From contig CAVXPZ010000004.1 in assembly GCA_963763775.1 (NCBI GenBank), positions 263,451 through 327,450 of the forward strand: 64,000 bases of DNA. The letters are read 5' to 3'. A program made the position numbers and the translations under genes. The notes below the pieces were generated by a model that was not told the DNA's origin, searched no databases, and saw only the letters and a list, made by a program, of their open reading frames with translations. Source of the DNA: an uncultured Chloroflexia bacterium. GTDB lineage: Bacteria > Chloroflexota > Limnocylindria > Limnocylindrales > CSP1-4. Positions 39,260-48,746 of this stretch are shown piece by piece (within the stretch, counting starts at the first letter, position 1; every line of letters begins with the position of its first letter).

Positions 39260-41047
39260 CTAGCGGAGGACCTGGTAGACCACCTTCACGCGGACCTTGT
39301 AGACGTAGTAGACGCCGCCGGCCGCCGACACCACGCCGCGGACCACGCGACCGCTGCGGTTGGCCGTGATGCTGCCACCCGTGCTGTACCACTTCGTCCC
39401 GCTGCCGCCGATCGTTCTGACGCGGTCGAAGCAGCCGAGGTCCCAGGAGTGCGCGACGTAGGCGCACCACGCGAAGTCCTGCATCCCGATGGCGCTCGAC
39501 GGAGCCGTCTTCGGGCCCTTCGCGTAGACCTGGAAGGAGAGGGACTTGTACCGCGTCGCGCTCGGGATCGAGAACTGATACCCGACGTTCTTGATGACGG
39601 ACCGCGCGTCCAGCTTGGCGTACCCCGACTTCGACACAAGGATGGGGCTGCTTTGTGCTGAGATCGACCGGCCCGCCTTCGTGACGTAGGTCGTCTTGGT
39701 CACGAGCTTCTTCTGGCTCAGCGTCGTGTACTTGGTCACGACGAGCGTGTTGCCCGAGCCGTCGTGCAGGGTCTGGACGACCTTGTAGCGACCCGACGCG
39801 AGCATCGTGCCCGCCGAGTTGCGGCCGGACCAGCCGTAGCTGTAGGCGCCGCTGCCCAGCGCGATCGACGTCGACAGCACGCGCTTGTTGCTCGAGTTGT
39901 ACGCGCGGATGACGACGCTGATGGGCTCGTTGCGCATCCCGCCGATCAGCACCTTGTCCCGGTAGCCGTCCTTCGCCGGGTAGAAGGTCGTCACGTCGAT
40001 CGACACGCCGGTGGCGTCCACGGCGGTGTCCGGGACATCGGTCACGTCGATGACGACCTGGGTGCTCGTCGAGGTCAGCACGCCGGCATTCCCCGAGTAG
40101 ACGGCCTCGTAGGTGTATGACCCGGTGGCCAGGCCGCTGCCGAGGTCGCAGGTCGTCCCGGACGTATCGACGGGGACGTCCTGGCAGTCCGGACCGCCGC
40201 CGGCCACGGCATTGAAGTCGATGGTGGCGCCGGCGTCGTAACCGGCCGGCGCCGTGACGTCCGCGGTGAGGACCGCGTCGCTCCCGACCACGATCGTGCC
40301 GGGTCCGCTGAGGGACACCGATGACGGCTGGGGATCGTCCGGCACCGCCACGATGTCGAACGAGAACGGGTCGCTGACCGAGCTGACGGCGGCGTCGTTG
40401 CCGGAGTAGGTCGCCGTATAGGTGTACGGGCCGACCGCCAGGCCGCTCCCGAGGTCGCACAGGGTGCCGGACGTGTCCACGTCGACGTCCGTGCAGTCCG
40501 GTCCCCCGCCGGCGGTCGCGTGGAAGGTGATCTTCGCCCCGACCTGGTAGCCGGCGTTCGCGACGACATCCGCCGTCAGCGTCACGTCATCGCCGGCGAA
40601 GGCCGAGGACGGGCCGGTGATCGTCGTCGATGAGGGACCGGGCGTCGGCGGGGGCGGTGCCACGGCGACGACGTCGAAGGTCAGCGGATCGCTCGGCGGC
40701 GACGGATCGGCGATCGAGTTGCCGGAGTACGTCGCCTCGAAGGTATACGAGCCGACCGCGAGGCTGGAGCCGAGGTGGCAGACCGTCCCCGAGGTGTCCA
40801 CGGCGGCCGTGCAATCGGGCATGGCGTCCGAGGTCTCGTGGAACGTGACGATCGCGCCCTCGGTGTCGTAGCCGGGGTCGGCCGTGATCGTCGCCGTCAG
40901 CTGGACGTCCGTGCCTTCATCGACATCGGCGACCGGACCGGCGAGCGTGACGGACGACGGCGTCCCGGCGAACGCGACGGAGGCGGGGAGCAGGCTCGCG
41001 AGCAACACGAGCGTGACGAGGCCGGCGGTGATCCTGGCGCGACGCAC
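39260..41047 (-). CDS. secreted Ig-like-domain repeat protein with FlgD-Ig-like C-terminal region
   Basis: Signal peptide, then three tandem units of about 95 aa sharing ...LTA.V.A..GY..GA.I.F......PDC....VDTSGT.C.LGS.LA.G.YTY.A.YSGN.... Next comes TTFYPAKDGYRDK...GRYKVV and a beta-rich C-terminus. The frame is intact. Confidence 0.85.
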   Translation of the reverse strand: MRRARITAGLVTLVLLASLLPASVAFAGTPSSVTLAGPVADVDEGTDVQLTATITADPGYDTEGAIVTFHETSDAMPDCTAAVDTSGTVCHLGSSLAVGSYTFEATYSGNSIADPSPPSDPLTFDVVAVAPPPPTPGPSSTTITGPSSAFAGDDVTLTADVVANAGYQVGAKITFHATAGGGPDCTDVDVDTSGTLCDLGSGLAVGPYTYTATYSGNDAAVSSVSDPFSFDIVAVPDDPQPSSVSLSGPGTIVVGSDAVLTADVTAPAGYDAGATIDFNAVAGGGPDCQDVPVDTSGTTCDLGSGLATGSYTYEAVYSGNAGVLTSTSTQVVIDVTDVPDTAVDATGVSIDVTTFYPAKDGYRDKVLIGGMRNEPISVVIRAYNSSNKRVLSTSIALGSGAYSYGWSGRNSAGTMLASGRYKVVQTLHDGSGNTLVVTKYTTLSQKKLVTKTTYVTKAGRSISAQSSPILVSKSGYAKLDARSVIKNVGYQFSIPSATRYKSLSFQVYAKGPKTAPSSAIGMQDFAWCAYVAHSWDLGCFDRVRTIGGSGTKWYSTGGSITANRSGRVVRGVVSAAGGVYYVYKVRVKVVYQVLR

Positions 41048-41183
41048 GAATCCCTCGATTCAGGTTGGGCCGACACGCCCGGTCGTCCGAGCCCCCGGAG
41101 CCTATCGTCGGGACGACGCCGCCACAATCGAGACGAACGGGTCATCCGCGGCAGTACCCCTTGCGTCGACGCACCGGGCCGCG

Positions 41184-42065
41184 CTAGGGCGACGCCCACA
41201 TCCCGAGGCCCTCGTCGCGGGCCTGCGCCTGCGCGGCGACCAGGTCGTCGACGTATCGCACGTCCGGCGGGAACGTCGTCACGTTCGCGAGCCCGTCGCG
41301 GACCAGCTCGAGCCCGACGAGGACGAGGTGGCCGTCGCGCTCGACCCATACGTCGCGCAACAGCCGCCCGAACCGGTCGGTGTCGGAGACGTCCTTCTCC
41401 AGTGTCACCGCCTTCCCGTCGACGAGGCGGCGATTCGCGGCGGCGGCCTCCTCTGCGAAGGGCTGGACCGGCGTGTCGGGCTTGACCGACTCCGGCGTGT
41501 CCATGCCGATGTACCGCAGCCGATAGGACTTGCCCCGGATCTCGACGATGACGGTGTCGCCGTCGACGACGCGGGTGATCGTGGCGGCAGTGGTCGGGCC
41601 GGTCGGCCGGTCGGGCCGGTCGGCCCGGTCGGCCCGGTCGGCGGGTGCGAGCTGGCCGCGTCCGATGTGCGTCGCGGCGGACGTCGCGGACACGGCTCCG
41701 GGGTCGGTCTCGGCCGGTCTCGCGGGGGTCGTCGTGGGGGCGGCCGCTCCGGCGCCGCGACCGCCCAGGAGGGCCAGGGCCAGCAACCCGACGATGACCA
41801 CGGCGGCCACGGCGATGACCCGGACGACCCACGGGCCCTGCACCGGGCGACGCGGGCCAGGATCGCCGGCGTCCTGGTGGCGGTCGCCGACGGCGCGAAG
41901 TCCGGGCGTCACGTCACCGGGATCGACGACCCGCGGCTCCGGATGGTCGCCTTCGCCGAGCGGCGTCGTCCGCCAGCGATCCCCGACGTAGAACCCGCAC
42001 GACCAGCAGTAGTCGGGCTGATCGTGCAGCGGGACGCCACATCGAGGACAGACCGGGTCCGGCAC
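41184..42065 (-). CDS. zinc-ribbon / TM / thermonuclease (SNase) domain protein
   Basis: CPRCG...CWSCG N-terminus, one TM segment, a low-complexity linker, and an SNase core (RVVDGDTVIVEIRGKSYRLRYIGMDTPES...DRFGRLLRDVWV). Confidence 0.85.
   Translation of the reverse strand: MPDPVCPRCGVPLHDQPDYCWSCGFYVGDRWRTTPLGEGDHPEPRVVDPGDVTPGLRAVGDRHQDAGDPGPRRPVQGPWVVRVIAVAAVVIVGLLALALLGGRGAGAAAPTTTPARPAETDPGAVSATSAATHIGRGQLAPADRADRADRPDRPTGPTTAATITRVVDGDTVIVEIRGKSYRLRYIGMDTPESVKPDTPVQPFAEEAAAANRRLVDGKAVTLEKDVSDTDRFGRLLRDVWVERDGHLVLVGLELVRDGLANVTTFPPDVRYVDDLVAAQAQARDEGLGMWASP
41594..41646. repeat. tandem 9 bp (one 8 bp) repeat, about 6 units, inside the nuclease linker
   Basis: TCGGGCCGG TCGGCCGG TCGGGCCGG TCGGCCCGG TCGGCCCGG TCGGCGGGT. 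On the minus strand it encodes ADRADRADRPDRPTGP. Confidence 0.7.
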
Positions 42066-42152
42066 GCGGGCAGCCTAGCAGGGGGTCATCGACCGAGGGT
42101 CCCGCCCCCGGGCGGGCACGCAACGGTGTCCTCGCCAAGGCGTCGGCGGAGG

Positions 42153-43385
42153 CTAGGGGCCGGTCGCCCCCTGCAGCGAGAAGGACCAGTCCGAGCAGGT
42201 CGACGTGATCGTCAATACCGCCTCGGTGAAGCCGATCCGTTCGGTGCGCTGCCCGGAGCGCTGCTCGCTCGGCTTGACGGTGATCGTGCCGCTCAGGGGA
42301 TCCCCGCTGGCCGGCTCGAGGCGCCAGTCCAGCGCACACCCACGGGTCACCGTCGACCCGAGCTCCCAGTGCACGACGACCTGCGGGTCACCGAAACCCA
42401 CGGATCGCCAGCTGTAGATGCCGGCGGCGCCGCGCAGGGTCGTGGGGGCGGAGCCGTAGACCGTCACCGGGTCGATGCCGACCAGCCGCGGGAGCGCGGT
42501 CCCGGCGGGTGCGGGCGTGGCGCCCGTCACCGGCAGCGGCGGCGCGCTCCAGATCCCGAGGGCGCCGGTCTGCGCCGTCTGCTGGGCGGCGGCGAGCCGT
42601 GCCTGGTACTTGAGGTCCGGGGCGACGGCGTCGACCCGGGCGAGACCTTGCCCGACCAGCTGCAGCCCGACCAGCGTCATCACGCCGTCCTGCTCGACCC
42701 AGACGTCGCGGAGGAGCTGGCCGTGGGCATCGGTGTCGGTCTGCTCCCGCTCGAGGACCACGTTCGCGCTGCTCACGAGTCGGCGGTTCGCGTCGGCCGC
42801 CTCACGGCCCATGAACTCCACCGGCTGGTCGACGCTCACCGACGCCGGCGCATCGATGCCGAGGTACCGGACACGATATTCCGTGCCCTCGACCGAGACG
42901 ATGATCGTGTCGCCGTCGACGACCCGCGTGACGGTGGCCTTCGTCGTCGGACCCGTCGGGGCGAAGATCGGCGTGGCGGTCGGCGAGGCGCTCGGGAGGA
43001 CGGCCGCCGGCACGATCGCGCCAGCCTCCGCCGCGGCGGACGGCGCCGACGAGCCCGACCCGGTCACGGCGGTCGTGACGCCGTTGCCGGCACCGAGCGC
43101 CAGAAGCCCGACCACGGCGATGCCGAGAACGGCGGCGGCCCCGATGGGGATGTACCGGCGCCACCTGCGGCTGTCCGCCCGGCCCGCTTGGCGCGCGGTG
43201 CCGGCCGCCCGCGTCGCCGACGGGGAGGCGCCAGGATCGACCGTCGATCGAGCATACGGCCCGAGCGGCAGCTCGCCGCGGGCGTCGAGCTCGTCGTAGT
43301 CGAGCCCGCACGCGAGGCAGTACCGGAAAAGGGCGACTCTGTGTGTCCCGCAATCGGGGCAGAACTCGTCGAGCAATGCGACCAA
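42153..43385 (-). CDS. zinc-ribbon / TM / thermonuclease (SNase) domain protein with extra C-terminal domain (paralog of 41184..42065)
   Basis: CPDCG...CLACG N-terminus, one TM segment, an SNase core (RVVDGDTIIVSVEGTEYRVRYLGIDAPAS...DAHGQLLRDVWV) and a C-terminal extension of about 150 aa. Confidence 0.85.
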   Translation of the reverse strand: MVALLDEFCPDCGTHRVALFRYCLACGLDYDELDARGELPLGPYARSTVDPGASPSATRAAGTARQAGRADSRRWRRYIPIGAAAVLGIAVVGLLALGAGNGVTTAVTGSGSSAPSAAAEAGAIVPAAVLPSASPTATPIFAPTGPTTKATVTRVVDGDTIIVSVEGTEYRVRYLGIDAPASVSVDQPVEFMGREAADANRRLVSSANVVLEREQTDTDAHGQLLRDVWVEQDGVMTLVGLQLVGQGLARVDAVAPDLKYQARLAAAQQTAQTGALGIWSAPPLPVTGATPAPAGTALPRLVGIDPVTVYGSAPTTLRGAAGIYSWRSVGFGDPQVVVHWELGSTVTRGCALDWRLEPASGDPLSGTITVKPSEQRSGQRTERIGFTEAVLTITSTCSDWSFSLQGATGP

Positions 43386-43597
43386 CCTTGCCGGTCCGAC
43401 CCTGCCCGTGTGGCCGCGTACGCGCGCGACCCCTCCTGACCGGGCGGGCCAGCCGGATTCACGACTCTACCGCTCCCCAGACCATGGTCAATCTGGCGGG
43501 GCGGACCGGGACGATATTCTGGTGCGCCGCGACAACCCACGCAAGGGCCACGCAGACCGCCGTCAACAGGCCGATCGCCAACGAGGTGCACGCCGTC

Positions 43598-43972
43598 ATG
43601 AGTTACCTGGTCGACTTCGATGAACTGCCCCGGATCGACGTGTGGGGCGAGACGGTCCGGGCCAGGGCGGTCGATGGCGCGAGGTGTTCGCTGGCCCTCG
43701 TGGAGCTCGCCCCGGGCGCGCTCGTACCCGAGCACCGCCACCACAACGAGCAGATGGGCACCGTGCTCCTCGGCAGCATCACCTTCACGGTCGACGACGA
43801 GACGCGGACGCTGACCCGAGGCGGGACGTGGCGGATCCCCTCGGACCATCCGCACCATGCGGTCGCCGGCCCCGACGGCGCCCTCGTCATCGACATCTTC
43901 TCGCCCACTCGCGATGACTGGGACACGCTCCCGCATGGCGATCCGCACCCCGTCCCGTGGCCCGACCGGTGA
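43598..43972 (+). CDS. cupin-domain protein
   Basis: 124 aa from ATG 43598. The metal motif LVPEHRHHNEQ...H is typical of cupin_2. Confidence 0.8.
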   Translation: MSYLVDFDELPRIDVWGETVRARAVDGARCSLALVELAPGALVPEHRHHNEQMGTVLLGSITFTVDDETRTLTRGGTWRIPSDHPHHAVAGPDGALVIDIFSPTRDDWDTLPHGDPHPVPWPDR

Positions 43973-44045
43973 GGTCGCGAGGCCGAATCGTCGACCCGTG
44001 GCAGACTGACACCGCACGACGGCGTCGACCGGTCGTCAACGGAGG

Positions 44046-44972
44046 GTGTCGGTGGGCGAACAGGGAACCCAGTCGGACGGAGATATGACGACCGACGACG
44101 GTCCGGCGGTCGATCCCGCCGAAGGCTACGTGCCGGGCCTGACGCCGGACCCGACCTCCACCCGGAAGGCGTCGGCGCCGCGCCCACCGACCACGCGCAC
44201 CCCCACGCCGCGCATGCCCGGGTCGACGCCGCCCCGCAGCGCGGGGTACTGGCCAGCGGTCGCGATCATCGCGATCGTGGTCGCAACGGCGGGCTGGACG
44301 ACGGTCGCCGTGATGGCCCTCAACAACAACGACAACGGCGGGAGCGCGGCCGCACTGGAGACGCCTGCCGCGTCGGACGCCGTCGTGGACCCGAACGCGA
44401 GTGATGACCCCGGGACGGACTTCAGCGACGCGCCGGTCGATGACAGCCACGACGCGCCGGATCTCGAAGCGCTGCTCCCGACCGCGATCGGCGACACCGC
44501 GCTCAGCCTCCAGAGCTGGACCGGCGATTCGCTCCTCACCGCGGGCGACCCGTGGAGTGATTCCGTCACGGCATTCCTGACGACGGTCGGCAAGACCCCG
44601 GCCGACCTGAGCGCCGCCCAGGCGTTCGATGCCACGGAGGCCACGGACCACAGCGTCGGCGTCTTCCGCCTCGATGGCGTTCCGACCAAGGCCCTCCGAG
44701 ACGCGATGATCGCGGCCTGGAAGGAGAGCTACCCGGACCTCAAGGTCTCCACGATCAAGCTCGACGGCACCGAGGTCACGAAGGGCGACTTCGGGCAGGA
44801 CGCGATCGACAGCTACTGGTACGAGAAGGACGGGCTCGTCTACGACATCGAGACCTCGGACGAGAAGGTCGCGACGACGCTGGTCACCGGCATCCGGGAC
44901 GGCACGCTCCCCACCGGGACCCCGGCCGCGGCCGGCTCCGAAGCGCCGTCCGAGTCGCCCGCGCCGAGCTGA
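44046..44972 (+). CDS. membrane-anchored hypothetical protein
   Basis: GTG start, disordered N-terminus, one TM segment (WPAVAIIAIVVATAGWTTVAVMAL) and an acidic extracytoplasmic domain. Confidence 0.65.
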   Translation: MSVGEQGTQSDGDMTTDDGPAVDPAEGYVPGLTPDPTSTRKASAPRPPTTRTPTPRMPGSTPPRSAGYWPAVAIIAIVVATAGWTTVAVMALNNNDNGGSAAALETPAASDAVVDPNASDDPGTDFSDAPVDDSHDAPDLEALLPTAIGDTALSLQSWTGDSLLTAGDPWSDSVTAFLTTVGKTPADLSAAQAFDATEATDHSVGVFRLDGVPTKALRDAMIAAWKESYPDLKVSTIKLDGTEVTKGDFGQDAIDSYWYEKDGLVYDIETSDEKVATTLVTGIRDGTLPTGTPAAAGSEAPSESPAPS

Positions 44973-44975
44973 GGC

Positions 44976-45794
44976 GTGCCGGAGACCTACACGCACGGGC
45001 ATCACGAGAGCGTCCTTCGGTCGCATCGCTGGCGGACGGCCGAGAACTCGGCCGCGTATCTGCTGCCGCGACTGGCGCCGGGCCAGTCGCTCCTCGACGT
45101 CGGATGCGGTCCGGGCACGATCACGATCGACCTCGCGCGGCGGGTCGCCCCGGGTCGGGTCATCGGCATCGACGCGGTCGACGAGCCGCTGATCGCCGCC
45201 CGGGCCGATGCGGCGGCGGCCGGACTCGACACGGTCGCCTTCGAGGTCGGTGACGCGTACGCGCTCGCGTTCGAGGCCGAGCGGTTCGACGTCGTGCACG
45301 CGCACCAGGTGCTCCAGCATCTCGGCGACCCGGTCGCCGCGCTCCGCGAGATGGGTCGCGTCTGCCGGGTCGACGGGGTCGTCGCGGCGCGCGACAGCGA
45401 CTACGCGGCGATGACGTGGTTCCCGGCCCATCCGGGACTCGACCGATGGCTGGCCCTCTATCAGGCCGTTGCCAGGCAGAACGGCGGCGAGCCGGATGCT
45501 GGCCGCCGCCTCCTGTCGTGGGCGCAGGCCGCCGGGTTCTCCGAGATCGCGCCGTCCGCGAGCGTCTGGTGCTTCGCGACGCCCGAGGATCGGGCGTGGT
45601 GGGGGGGCCTGTGGGCCGATCGGGTCACCCGCTCCGCGTTCGCCGACCAGGCGGTCGCGGCGGGACTCGCCGACGCCACGGGACTCGGGCAGATCGCCGA
45701 TGCGTGGCGGGCATGGTCCGCGGAGCCGGACGGGTGGTTCATCGTCCCGTGCGGAGAGGTGCTCTGCCGCCGACCTCGTATCCTGTCGGCGTGA
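44976..45794 (+). CDS. class I SAM-dependent methyltransferase
   Basis: Motif I (LLDVGCGPG), plus FDVVHAHQVLQHL. Confidence 0.9.
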   Translation: MPETYTHGHHESVLRSHRWRTAENSAAYLLPRLAPGQSLLDVGCGPGTITIDLARRVAPGRVIGIDAVDEPLIAARADAAAAGLDTVAFEVGDAYALAFEAERFDVVHAHQVLQHLGDPVAALREMGRVCRVDGVVAARDSDYAAMTWFPAHPGLDRWLALYQAVARQNGGEPDAGRRLLSWAQAAGFSEIAPSASVWCFATPEDRAWWGGLWADRVTRSAFADQAVAAGLADATGLGQIADAWRAWSAEPDGWFIVPCGEVLCRRPRILSA

Positions 45795-46636
45795 GCCTGT
45801 ACCGCATCGACGACCCGCCGAGGCTGATCGCCCCGACGCTGCTCGCAGCGTTCGACGGCTGGGTGGATGCGGGCTCGGCGGCCACCACCGCGCTCGAGCA
45901 GCTGACCGATGAAGCGCCGGTGGTCGCCACCTTCGACGCCGACCGACTCTTCGACTACCGCGCTCGCCGCCCGCCCCTCGAGATCGTCGACGGGCGGCTG
46001 ACCGAGCTCACGTGGCCCGAGCTCGTCCTCCGGCATATCCGCATCGAGGAGCGAGATCTGCTGGTGCTCGCCGGTCCGGAGCCCGACTATCGGTGGCGCG
46101 AGCTCGTGCGATCGGCGACCGAACTCGCCCAGCGCCTCGGCGTCGCGGAGTGGATCAGCCTGGGAGCGATCCCGGCAGCCGTGCCGCACACGCGCTCGGT
46201 GCCGATCCTGGGCACGGAGTCGGCGCCCGGCCTGCTGCGCGCCGACGTCCCGGCGGGCCCGGCCGGCGTGTTGCGCGTGCCGTCGGCGCTGGTCTCCGCG
46301 CTGGAATTCGAGGCGTCCGAGGCCGGCATCCCGTCGATGGGCTACTTCGCCCAGGTCCCCCACTACGTGTCCGGCCCCTATCCGGCCGCTTCCGTGGCGC
46401 TCCTCGAGACGCTCGGGCAGCACCTGGGGATCCGGATGCCGACGGGCGAGCTCGCCGAGGAGGCGCAGCAACTCCGCACGCGCCTCGATGCCGCCGCCGC
46501 GATCGAGGAGACGACCCGGACGTACGTGGAGCGCCTCGAGGCGATGGTCGACGAGCAGCGACTGCCCGCCGGCGACGACCTCATCGCCGACATCGAGCGG
46601 TTCCTTCGCGAGGGCGGCGAGAGCGCCTCGCGCTGA
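45791..46636 (+). CDS. PAC2-family (proteasome assembly chaperone 2-like) protein
   Basis: GTG 45791 (GTGA overlap with the upstream stop). LLAAFDGWVDAGSAAT...LVLAGPEPDYRW...ISLGAIPAAVPHTR. Confidence 0.8.
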   Translation: MSLYRIDDPPRLIAPTLLAAFDGWVDAGSAATTALEQLTDEAPVVATFDADRLFDYRARRPPLEIVDGRLTELTWPELVLRHIRIEERDLLVLAGPEPDYRWRELVRSATELAQRLGVAEWISLGAIPAAVPHTRSVPILGTESAPGLLRADVPAGPAGVLRVPSALVSALEFEASEAGIPSMGYFAQVPHYVSGPYPAASVALLETLGQHLGIRMPTGELAEEAQQLRTRLDAAAAIEETTRTYVERLEAMVDEQRLPAGDDLIADIERFLREGGESASR

Positions 46637-46740
46637 CGGGTCCGCCTCCGGGCACGCAGGCCTGACCCTGGCATCGTGGCGCCAACTGGACATGCCAGAT
46701 ACATGCCATCGAGCGTCATGAAGCGCGGTATCCTGCCGGG

Positions 46741-47951
46741 ATGCGTGCGAGTCGCCTCGTCAACCTGCTGCTGCTGCTCCAGACGCGTGGTGGGCTGACC
46801 GCCGCCGAACTGGCCCGCGAGCTCGAGGTCTCGGTCCGCACGATCCATCGCGACGTCGAGGCGTTGAGCGCCGCCGGTGTCCCGATCTACGCGGACCGTG
46901 GACCGCATGGCGGGATCCGCCTCGTCGACGGCTACCGGACCCGACTCACCGGCATGACCGCCGAAGAGGCCGAGGCCCTGTTCCTGTCCGGCCTGCCCGG
47001 CCCCGCGGCGGAACTCGGGCTCGGGACGGTCGTGACCGCGGCCCGGCTCAAGGTCCTGGCGGCGCTGCCGACGGAGCTGCGATCGCGGGCGTCCAGGCTC
47101 GTCGAGCGGTTCCACCTCGACGCCGCCGGCTGGTTCCAGGCGAGCGAGCCGGTCCCCCACCTCGCCGTGCTCGCCCAGTCCGTCTGGGACGCGAAGCTCG
47201 CGCGGATCGAGTACGAGCGCGGCGGCGGGGCGGTCGTGCGCGTCGTGGCGCCGCTCGGCCTCGTGCTCAAGGGCGGCGTCTGGTACCTCGTCGCGATCAC
47301 CGACGAGCAGATCCGGACGTACCGGGTGTCGCGCGTGGTCGGAGCGGTCGTCCTCGACGAGAAGGCGCCCGGCCATCGGACTTCGATCTCGCCGCCTACT
47401 GGACGGCGTCGAGTGCCGCGTTCGAGCGCGACATCCCACGCGTCACCGTCGAGGTCCGCCTCCCCCAGGCGCGCCTGGAACGACTGGCCGACGTCGTGGG
47501 GCTCTCGACCGTCCAGGCGGCGGAGCGGCTTGACGACCCCGACCCCGACTGGGTCCGGCTCCGCTTCCAGGTGAACTGGCCGGATGAGGTCCCCGGCCAC
47601 ATGCTCGCGATGGGGTCGAGCCTCGAGGTGCTCGCCCCCGCCGAGATCCGGGAGCGGGTCATCGCGACCGCGCGCCGGATCATCGAACGCTACGAGCGCG
47701 ACGAACCCGAGATCGGGCGCGACGGTCCACAGGCGGACGGCGGCCTGCCCGGACCCGACGAGGCGACGGACGCGGTGGGCAGAGCAGGTCCGGCGGAGCG
47801 TGCCGCGAGGGCGGAGACCGAGGCGAGGCGGCGGGCGCCGTGTGATCCACGTGGGCCCGCCGCGCGGCGTCCCGGGCCTCGCGCCGCGCGAGGTGCAGCC
47901 ATCGCAGATGGTGCGTGGCCTTCATGTCCCGGTCCCTGTCGGACTGACTGA
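46741..47951 (+). CDS. HTH-WYL-WCX transcriptional regulator, reading frame broken once, 3' end uncertain
   Basis: The HTH (LTAAELARELEVSVRTIHRDVEAL) and WYL (GGVWYLVAITDEQIRTYRVSRV) are in ORF 46741..47574. The continuation (RPSDFDLAAYW...VRLRFQVNWPDEVPGHMLAMGSSLEVLAP) is in the frame of ORF 47496..47951. The switch is at the CCC run 47368-47370. The long R/A/P tail after about 47700 is doubtful. Confidence 0.8.
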
Positions 47952-48396
47952 GTCGGGCGAGTTCCAGCAGGTGCATGGCGGCAGCTCCTCGGCTGGCGGC
48001 GATCGTTCGTGGTCGCTTCGTTCCTGTGGAGTGTCCCGCACGTACCTGCCAGGTCTTGTCATGTACGTCCGCGGCGCCGCGCACGTCGGTCGGTCGTCTC
48101 GGAAACCGGCCCGCATGCGTGCGGTGACTCCTGGGACCCGCCGCGGGACCCGCCAGGGCCGCAGACCATCCCGATCGCCTTCCCGTAGGCATCCGGTGAC
48201 TGCGCGACGCGTGATCACGCGCCGAGACCCGCTGGACCGGGAGTAGCAGTCAGGTCATGACTGGCGGCCGGCGATCGCGGCCGCTAGGGCACTGTCGGCC
48301 CGGGGATCGCGCTGCGGTTCTTCGCATCCATTCACCAAGCGATGCCTGGTGGGCTCGCTGCCCCTCCACGCCGCGAATCCAGGCCGATCACGTCGC

Positions 48397-48480
48397 CCTA
48401 GTCATGGCCGTGGTCGCCCACGAAGCGAGCCGTGTCCAACGAGCCCCGTTCAGCTGCAGAGGCCCCGTTCCATGACTAGG
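48397..48480. repeat. perfect 11 bp inverted repeat enclosing internal direct repeats
   Basis: CCTAGTCATGG (48397-48407) pairs with CCATGACTAGG (48470-48480). Inside, GCCCCGTTC occurs twice (48442-48450 and 48462-48470) around CAGCTGCAG. Confidence 0.6.
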
Positions 48481-48746
48481 TGAGAAGCGAACAGTTCAAG
48501 CTTCGGCGCCACGGCACTCCCCAGGCGCTGCCTCAGAGGCCCGACACGGAACGACCGCCAGGTCCCGAAGGGCCTGACGGTCGAATGAGATCTGACGGAC
48601 CACCGCACTGGCAGTATTGCCGGCTCCGCCGCCGCCCGGCATCCCGCCGGAGGGTCGACGCGCCGCCGGTCGAAGGTCTCGTTGTCCGGCGGTCCGTTCG
48701 TGATGACCACACCGTACGACCCGGTCAGCGATGCGATACCTGCCAT
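48450..48746 (-). CDS. doubtful small ORF 27 nt downstream of the MFS gene
   Basis: AAGAGGA lies 3 nt before ATG 48746 (MAGIASLTGSYGVVITNGPPDNETF...). Codon usage deteriorates after about codon 45, so the ORF may be truncated, frameshifted or non-coding. Confidence 0.25.
   Translation of the reverse strand: MAGIASLTGSYGVVITNGPPDNETFDRRRVDPPAGCRAAAEPAILPVRWSVRSHSTVRPFGTWRSFRVGPLRQRLGSAVAPKLELFASHLVMERGLCS

Noticed and set aside
47680-48475. ORFs 47680-48192 (-), 47922-48218 (-), 47584-48246 (+) and 48257-48475 (+)
   Set aside because: All are R/P/A-rich or have poor codon usage, lack domains, and overlap one another and the doubtful tail of the WYL gene. The region is treated as ORF-poor rather than annotated.
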